NCBI RefSeq assembly: GCF_006345805.1
Contig: NC_043020.1
Location: forward strand, 2,728,001-2,792,000
Direction of reading: 5' to 3'
Length of the DNA stretch: 64,000 nucleotides
From: Octopus sinensis
Lineage: Eukaryota
The notes beneath the pieces are model-generated. The model saw only the letters and a program-made list of their open reading frames with translations, ran no database searches and was not told the origin of the DNA. A program made the translations under genes and the position numbers. Positions 57,801-64,000 of the stretch are shown here, piece by piece. Every line of letters begins with the position of its first letter. The first letter of the stretch is position 1.

Positions 57801-60433
57801 TGCTTTATTTTATTGGGTGGGTGGGTGGGGCAGAGTATTTGGGCCAGATAAAACCAGTTTAATTACTAAAGGGTTAAACCTCACTCTGTGCACTCAACTT
57901 GATGGGTGCATCATTTGTAATTCTTGCCATTTGCCACTTGAAATTAATTAGCTACTAAATAATAAGGAAGAAGAAGATATATAAAATGTATTTTAATGTT
58001 TCTTTCCTTTTTCTATTGAAGATCGAAGAAAAGAAGGTTTAATTATTTGACGAATGAGGAAAATTACACCTGTTTTGATCAGGTAAGCTGTTTGTCTAAT
58101 CCTATTTCAATAGCTTTACTACTTATACATACCTTGTAAAGAGGCAGATAAGTGAGGAGAGACAGCTTCCTTTAGTTGTGTTGAGCTCACAACTACCTCT
58201 CCTGTGCTTGTGTCATGAAAATGCACTCAATACAGTCTGTATGATGCAAAGTTGAGAGGACTCTTTGGTCTTGCCAAGGATATCATGCTTCTATAGTGCT
58301 GGTACTATGAAAAAACAGCACCCAGTACATTTTGTAAAGTGGCTGGTGTTAGGAAGGGTGACCAGCTGTAGAAAGCAAATTAAATTAAATACAAGGGAGA
58401 TGAGGTTCCCTGATCTAAGTTTGTATCACTAAATATGTGCTGCTTCCAACTGTGACCATTATCCATACCATGTTAACATAGGACAAAAGACGATAATGAT
58501 GAAGAGGAGGAGGATGTATGTGTGTGTGTGGGAGATATGATTACACAAATTATGTTGATCAACAAAAATAAAAAAAGAGTATAAATCTATTTTGCAGTTA
58601 TCTGTAATAGAAAGCCAAAGATCATCTCCAGCAATTTCATTCATGGAACTGAATATTCCAGATGCAACAAACAATGGTTAGTTTTATCTTAATTACTTTC
58701 TTGTACTAGAATGCCAAAAATTAAAACAATATCTCAACTGTTATCACAAAACTATGATATATTATAGAAAATATTTTTATTGGTAATCTCTATGCTTCTT
58801 AAGACACTAAAGAGCATGGCTTTGTGATGTTGACTTTGCTGTTTTAGATTTAGTCCCACTGGAGGCATTTTGGGCCAGTGTCTACTAAAACTTTGTGAAA
58901 TTTGATAGATGAAAACCATCAGAAAGAGAGACCATTAGGCCCTTAAGTTGTATAGTTTAACAACTTTACCTGGCCCTTTGCTGCCTTTAATGAAGTCCAC
59001 TCTGTTTCAAGAAGTCAAAAAAGGTCTCCAATCTAAGGATAACTTTTTCCCACCAGTTTTTGGAGGTCCTGAGTAATGACATAGCATTGCCCTTCCTAAG
59101 GACTTACCTTTGCTCAAATTTCAAAGCAGTGAGCAGATAAAAAAAAAATGTTATGATCTCCAGTCTAGTTACTTTATCTGATATTATCTGATCTGGTAAC
59201 TATACTCAAGCACAAAGTGGATATAAGCAATGCAGAATAACTTTTTTTTCCCCAAGAAACAACAAAATGTCAGCTAAATCAATGAGAAAGCCTCTATACC
59301 AGCCATGGACAACCTGTTGCCTTTGGGACTTTCTGAATGGCATGCTTAAATGAAAAATTACATTGAATTTTGTAGTAGTGCAGCTGGCTTGATAAAGAGC
59401 CATGTCACATGCAGCCAGCTTCTTAAAAAAGGTTGCCCATGCCTGTTCTATACAGTTACTCAATTTGCTAAACATACTAACCAAATCTCTCTCAAACCTT
59501 TTGCTACTGTTTGTCAGAATGTGTAGTATGGTCTTCAACCAGAGAATCATACAACAGATTTTAACTCAAAATTTAGGTAGTCCAATACCTTATTTAGTGG
59601 GGTCTTATATTTCTCTATAGTACAAGAAATTATTCCTTACAGTAATAATTATCCAAAAGTTATCATCATTGTGTCAGTTAATTAATACAGTAACTAAGTT
59701 TGTTTCTGTTCATTCTTAGATGAAATGGAATATAATGGCAGTATTTTCCACTTCAACCCAAATTACAGTTTAGAGGTAAGCAAAATATATATTCCGTCTC
59801 CTACTGTTTTCAGAGATATCACTTATTAGCTTTTATTAAAACTAACAATTTTTGACAAGTTATTACTTCTCCGAGGGTGAGTCAAAAAGTAATGCCATTT
59901 TGTTTAGGACAGGTATAATTATCAACACAGTAACATGTATCATACATCAAAATGAAGCCTGTTCTCTGTGGATTACAGTAAAATTCTACTATTCTTTGAG
60001 CCACTTCCCTACCTCCACATTCACCAGATTTAGCACGTTCAGCGCCACGAAAGAGGGTTTGAGAGGCAAACATTATTCCAGTGACGAGGAAGTTAAAACT
60101 GTAGTGAAGAAGTGGCTCAAAGAACAGTCAACAGAATTTTACAGGGCAGGTATACATGCTATCAGTCAAAGGTGGAACATTGCTATTGAGAGAAACAGTG
60201 ACTTTGTTGAGAAGTAGGGATGTGATCCACAGAGGACCAGCTTCATTCTGATGTATGACACATGTTCCTGTGTTGATAATTATACCTGTCCTAAACAAAA
60301 TGGCATTACTTTTTGACTCACCCTCGGAGAAGTAATAACTTGTCAAAAATTGCTAGTTTTAATAAAAGCTAATATTTACTAAATCTGAATATTTTATCTA
60401 AAATTTTATCCTTAGATGCAATATTCTAAGTGA
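40928..60433 (+). CDS. IHO1: Coiled-coil protein, IHO1/CCDC36 (Mer2-like) candidate, about 603 aa: join(40928..40968,42275..42389,44125..44264,46239..46287,51894..51981,54090..54172,54821..55095,56962..57767,58022..58082,58598..58676,59720..59775,60416..60433); one-base frameshift in 56962..57767
   Basis: Twelve GT-AG exons with chaining phases (2,0,2,0,1,0,2,2,0,1,0). Total 1811 nt, one base short of 604 codons. S/Q-rich N-terminus ([10 protein letters not shown]), [12 protein letters not shown] resembling human IHO1 IFTKYQTKPQLF, heptad-rich middle, disordered C-half with KKRR. Gene structure is well supported; orthology rests on recalled motifs. Confidence 0.6.
42275..42389 (+). CDS. IHO1-like exon ([38 protein letters not shown])
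   Basis: tttgcag acceptor, gtagct donor, phase 2 to 0. Confidence 0.78.
44125..44264 (+). CDS. IHO1-like exon ([16 protein letters not shown]...[11 protein letters not shown])
   Basis: gttttag acceptor, gtatta donor, open 46 codons, phase 0 to 2. Confidence 0.72.
44650..45183 (-). mobile_element. Decayed mariner transposase N-terminal fragment
   Basis: ORF 45017..45268(-) part [28 protein letters not shown] resembles mariner FK.G..S.ED..RSG.PST. Confidence 0.6.
46239..46287 (+). CDS. IHO1-like exon ([16 protein letters not shown])
   Basis: ttttacag acceptor, gtcagt donor, only the phase-2 frame is open. Confidence 0.75.
46340..46985. repeat. Mixed trinucleotide low-complexity block (TGT/TGC, CAC, CAG, CAT, CAA); similar blocks at 42390-42610 and 48215-48480
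   Basis: Directly visible; produces the homopolymeric ORFs in the track. Confidence 0.9.
47460..47672. repeat. Polypyrimidine (CT)n tract with about 55-bp higher-order repeat
   Basis: Recurring tactcttttttctctctctctccctctctcttttctctc unit. Confidence 0.85.
49141..49690 (-). mobile_element. Penelope-like element remnant with hammerhead-like motif and 133-bp inverted repeat
   Basis: acgttttgagcctatgctcttctacagaaag matches the PLE minimal-hammerhead layout on the minus strand; flanked by (TA)n and (ATAG)n arrays. Confidence 0.6.
49690..49960. repeat. (TA)n/(ATAG)n microsatellite
   Basis: Directly visible. Confidence 0.95.
50072..50640 (-). mobile_element. Second copy of the mariner element at 4280..5126 (partial)
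   Basis: 50100-50470 is nearly identical to 4307-4680; ORF 50130..50438(-) has [12 protein letters not shown] and [13 protein letters not shown]. Confidence 0.85.
51707..51880. repeat. (TAT)n(TAC)n(TAT)n trinucleotide array
   Basis: Directly visible; ends 13 nt before the acceptor at 51893. Confidence 0.95.
51894..51981 (+). CDS. IHO1-like exon ([29 protein letters not shown])
   Basis: ttttttaag acceptor, gtaagt donor, phase 0 to 1. Confidence 0.78.
52290..53600 (+). mobile_element. Decayed L1/Tx1-clade LINE (endonuclease and start of RT)
   Basis: Remnants [39 protein letters not shown]...PDMFGDL, with many stops. Confidence 0.8.
54090..54172 (+). CDS. IHO1-like exon ([27 protein letters not shown])
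   Basis: aaatag acceptor after a T-run, gtgagt donor, phase 1 to 0. Confidence 0.8.
54821..55095 (+). CDS. IHO1-like exon ([16 protein letters not shown]...KNFKDLEK)
   Basis: cttatag acceptor, gtaaat donor, overlaps ORF 54854..55099. Confidence 0.85.
56255..56315 (-). mobile_element. Truncated Penelope-like end (half hammerhead)
   Basis: aacacaacgtttcggctgatatacc gives cagccGAAAcgt on the minus strand; the CUGANGA half is missing. Confidence 0.45.
56962..57767 (+). CDS. IHO1-like large exon with internal frame switch (ILSSTDDVL... then ...MCEIQT...YNFKNR)
   Basis: tttag acceptor, gtaagt donor at 57768; covered by overlapping ORFs 56855..57253 and 57196..57771 in different frames. Confidence 0.8.
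58022..58082 (+). CDS. IHO1-like exon ([20 protein letters not shown])
   Basis: Pyrimidine tract + gaag acceptor, gtaagc donor, phase 2 to 0. Confidence 0.75.
58598..58676 (+). CDS. IHO1-like exon ([26 protein letters not shown])
   Basis: tttgcag acceptor, gttagt donor, phase 0 to 1. Confidence 0.72.
59300..59445. mobile_element. hAT-type MITE (146 bp)
   Basis: TIRs cagccatggacaacc / ggttgcccatgcctg; 8-bp TSD ctctatac (59292-99) / ttctatac (59446-53). Confidence 0.7.
59720..59775 (+). CDS. IHO1-like exon ([18 protein letters not shown])
   Basis: tcttag acceptor, gtaagc donor, phase 1 to 0. Confidence 0.72.
59872..60326 (+). mobile_element. Mariner-derived palindromic MITE
   Basis: About 100-bp TIRs starting cgagggtgagtcaaaaagtaatgcc; centre encodes mariner C-terminus [23 protein letters not shown]...[16 protein letters not shown]. 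Confidence 0.88.
60416..60433 (+). CDS. IHO1-like last coding exon (MQYSK*)
   Basis: ccttag acceptor followed by 5 codons and TGA; a different terminal exon cannot be excluded. Confidence 0.55.
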   Translation: MQYSK

Positions 60434-60861
60434 AAATTTTGTTCTGTACATTACCAGATGTAATAACTTGTCCTGTACTTTTCCAGGTTTATAATCTTAA
60501 GTGCATTATTTCTCTTGCTTGCATTTTCCCATGTAATCTATATATATATATATATATATATACAGTACCCTTAGGTGTATACAGCACTCATACAGATGTC
60601 TGCTTATAGGTACACGATACAAAGTAAAAATTAAGCAAAATATGTACCTCTACCCACAGCACAAGAGAAGTATATGAGCTGCCAGGGTAAACAGGTCATG
60701 TATATTTAATTAAAATTGTTGTGGGGGGGGGGTGTGCAAAATTGAAGCTGTGTTCAGACCCTGTACAAATGAATATTAGTCTGCACATAGTTGACATACA
60801 AGAAGAAGCAATATTTTTATTATTATTATTATTACCACATTAATACACATGTTCCTTTTAA

Positions 60862-61383
60862 CCCCTTAATGGATTATCCCGAGTTTACTCGTGCATCGCA
60901 AATGTTTCTTTTTAGAACCAGACGAGTATACTCAGTCAAAATTAACTTTTAATTGTAGCACTCAAACGAGTTTATTTGTTTTGTGTCATTTCATTTTTGA
61001 GCAATCACGAATTTACTCGCGTTGTCGTACGCCTGGCAGCACATATTCTGGCACCATTTCAAAGAATTTATACTTCAAAGCTTTGAACTTTTACTTCAGT
61101 GCATACCCAGACTCAGGAGGAGGTTGATGCCATTTTAGAACTGTTTCTTTTTGATTCCCTATTATCTATACAAATAAGAGAATTATTTACTCTTACTCTT
61201 TACTTGTTTCGGTCATTTGACTGCGGCCATGCTGGAGCACCGCCTTTAGTCGAGCAAATCGACCCCGGGACTTATTCTTTGTAAGCCCAGTACTTATTCT
61301 ATCGGTCTCTTTTGCCGAGCCGCTAAGTGACGGGGACGTAAACACACCAGCATCGGTTGTCAAGCAATGCTAGGGGGACAAAT

Positions 61384-61424
<41 letters not shown>

Positions 61425-61757
61425 CGACAGGCTTCTTTCAGTTTCCGTCTACCAAATCCACTCACAAGGCATTGGTCGGCCCGAGGCTATAGCAGAAGAC
61501 ACTTGCCCAAGATGCCATGCAGTGGGACTGAACCCGGAACTCCTGCGCCTATATATATTTTGTCAATGTCAGAGTTAACTCGTTTAAATCCAAATGAGTA
61601 AAAGTACATTTTAATTTCTATAATGAAAAATAAAGGAAACAAGATAAAAAAAACTTTTTTTTTATAATTAACACAGTGTATATAATTAAAAAGAAGAAAT
61701 TTAAAAAATAAGCTCTGAAATGAAATGCCATGTCAAAATAATTGATCGATTAAGGGG
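60862..61757. mobile_element. piggyBac-like non-autonomous element interrupted by a family A SINE (61195-61550)
   Basis: TTAA|ccccttaat left end, attaagggg|ctaa right end; repeated cgagtttactcg subterminal motifs. Confidence 0.6.
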
Positions 61758-63535
61758 CTAATCAGCATATTTATTGTGTAAACATTATACAATGAGAAGG
61801 AAGATTGGTTGAATTACATGTGGCCTTAGCTGGCAAGATGTTAATCAGAAAGGACCACATATATAATATATATATATATATATGCATACATGTATGTGTA
61901 TGTACCTCTGTTTAATAATCACTGTTCTAAATATTGGCTGGTTAAATTCTCCAGCCATGCTTTACATTGCATAAAGGGAGTGTAAAAGAGAGACAAAGAG
62001 TTAACAGCAGTGTGGGATGAGTGCTTGGTGACAGGCAATGAGTAAAAGAACACAACACACACAACATAAAGAAAGAATGAATCACAGAAACAGAATAGGA
62101 AGTAAATAACAGAGTTGGCTGTAGCTGAATAAGGATCTGCACTAATTAATACAATAATTACAATACGAGATATTCATTACATTTGTAACAAATACTTTCT
62201 TTAAATGCTTTTCAAGTTAGTAAAATAACTTTTTTTCACATTAATCACAAGGGTACTCACTAACTTTAGAATTTATTGCAGACAGTTTATTACAATATTA
62301 ATGCACAAGTGTTATCCATTATATAAAAGGTATCTTCAGAAGTATACATTTACCACTTTGGGTAATATCAGGAAATATAGCATACGTACAATAATATAAT
62401 TTAATTTTTACCAAATTAACCATGGTGACAAAAGAATATTTTAACAGTTCCCCATGACATGATGGGTAGCATTCTAGTAATAATATAATTCTTTGAAATT
62501 TTGGCACAAAACAAACAATTTTTAGAGGAAGGGTTGGTAGTCAATTTCACTGGCCCTAATACTTGACAGCATTTAGTTTATTGACCTTGTAAGTTGAAAA
62601 AAAAAAGTTAACCCTGACAGGATTTGAACTCTGAACCTAGAGGCCCAGAAGAACTGCTGTTAGGTGTTTTGACCAGTGAGCTAGCAATTTCAGCCAGCTT
62701 GCCACCTGATAATAATAATAAAAATAATAATTATACTGTCCAGCATAAATAAAACTCAACCTCATTATATTTTTTTCTGTAAAAACCTATTCTGACATTA
62801 AATGAGAACTTCCCATACGAATATTTACATTTGTACATCATTTTCCAACAAAAAATTTCTAAAGAAATTCTGGAAACAATCTACTCATGCAATTAACACC
62901 CCCACCCCACCCCCAAGTTTGTTGTTGTTTTGGCAAAAAACAGCACAAGGCCTGAAATTTTGTGAGAGGGAACTAGTCGATCACATCAACCCCAGTACTT
63001 GTACTTAATTTATCAGTCAAGAAAGGCAAAGTTAATCTCGGTGAAATCTGAACTCAGAACAAAGCTGCACACGATACTGATAAGCATTTTGCCTGGCATG
63101 TTAACAATTTTACCAGCTTGCCACCTTAATAATAATAATAATAATAATGATTTCTACCAGAGGCAGAAGATCAGAAATACATGAGGAGAAAAAATAGTAG
63201 ACAAAAATCAACGCAAACACTTCACTGGTACTTTATTTTGTTTACTCTGAAGGATGAAAGGCAAGATAGGCCTTACAGCTGGAAAATTCACAAGGTATTC
63301 TGTGTAATGCTCTACTGACTCTTCAGTTCACCTCACTCTGATAGATGCTAATAATAAAAACATTATTTTTTACATAAAATAAAGATCTCTATTTTCCTAC
63401 ATGTCAAAATCCTTGGTTTAAAACATTAAGTAACAAAAAATTTATTTCATCTGTGGAATACGACTTGTAAATGCTGGTTTTGGTAATCTGAAATAAAACA
63501 AAGAATTTAAGTTGTGTGTATATTAATATGCATGA

Positions 63536-63582
<47 letters not shown>

Positions 63583-64000
63583 CATTTTTGTTTTACTATA
63601 TATATAAAATTGTATGTATGTATGAGTGTGTGTGTGTGTGTTTCCATCTCTTAAAAATAGTTTGAAATTAGCATCTTATATGCTGCCATGAAAATATCAA
63701 GTGTCGGGCACATTTACGAAAAGCTGGTTTGGATGTGAGGTTACTGTCCACTCTCTTACTATTTTATAGTGGAAGTTGAACTTAAATTGCTGAAATTTAT
63801 AAATTTATCTGAAGGTTACGTTTTTATGCCCTTCGGTTAAGGAAATGCGTGAACTAACGTTATCTAGGCGACAACAAGGAAGACGAAACTATAGAACTAC
63901 ATTTACATGATGACATGGAACTGACATAGACAGAATAATGAAAAGGAGCTAATAAGGGGTTTTATAATCTGTGCAGAAATAGAAGAGTAAATGACGGGTT

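Noticed and set aside
59206-59620. Overlapping ORFs 59206..59550(-) and 59402..59620(+)
   Set aside because: They span a hAT MITE in an intron and look like chance open frames.
59852-60346. Two ORFs with identical N-termini ([18 protein letters not shown]) as a duplicated gene
   Set aside because: They are the two arms of the inverted repeat read on opposite strands.

Overview
AT-rich, microsatellite- and SINE-dense eukaryotic DNA. The SINE families look like those I recall from octopus genomes; this is an inference from repeat content. Two spliced + strand genes can be assembled by hand. (1) NPEPL1, an M17 leucyl aminopeptidase-like protein: 12 coding exons at 6074..25103, 519 aa, all GT-AG with consistent phases and intact metal-binding motifs. 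(2) A coiled-coil gene missed by the ORF track: 12 coding exons at 40928..60433, about 603 aa. Its N-terminus resembles the meiotic DSB factor IHO1/CCDC36 (Mer2/PRD3 family), and its large exon carries an apparent 1-nt frameshift. The rest is tRNA-derived SINEs, decayed Tc1/mariner, piggyBac- and hAT-like elements, RTE, Tx1/L1, RLE-type and Penelope-like retroelement fragments, and simple repeats. I found no convincing wholly new system. The best leads are the IHO1-like gene and its frameshift, several long near-perfect fold-backs inside or next to transcripts (one fills the last intron and includes inverted flanks), a degenerate Penelope-type hammerhead ribozyme, and a possible spliced uORF microprotein.
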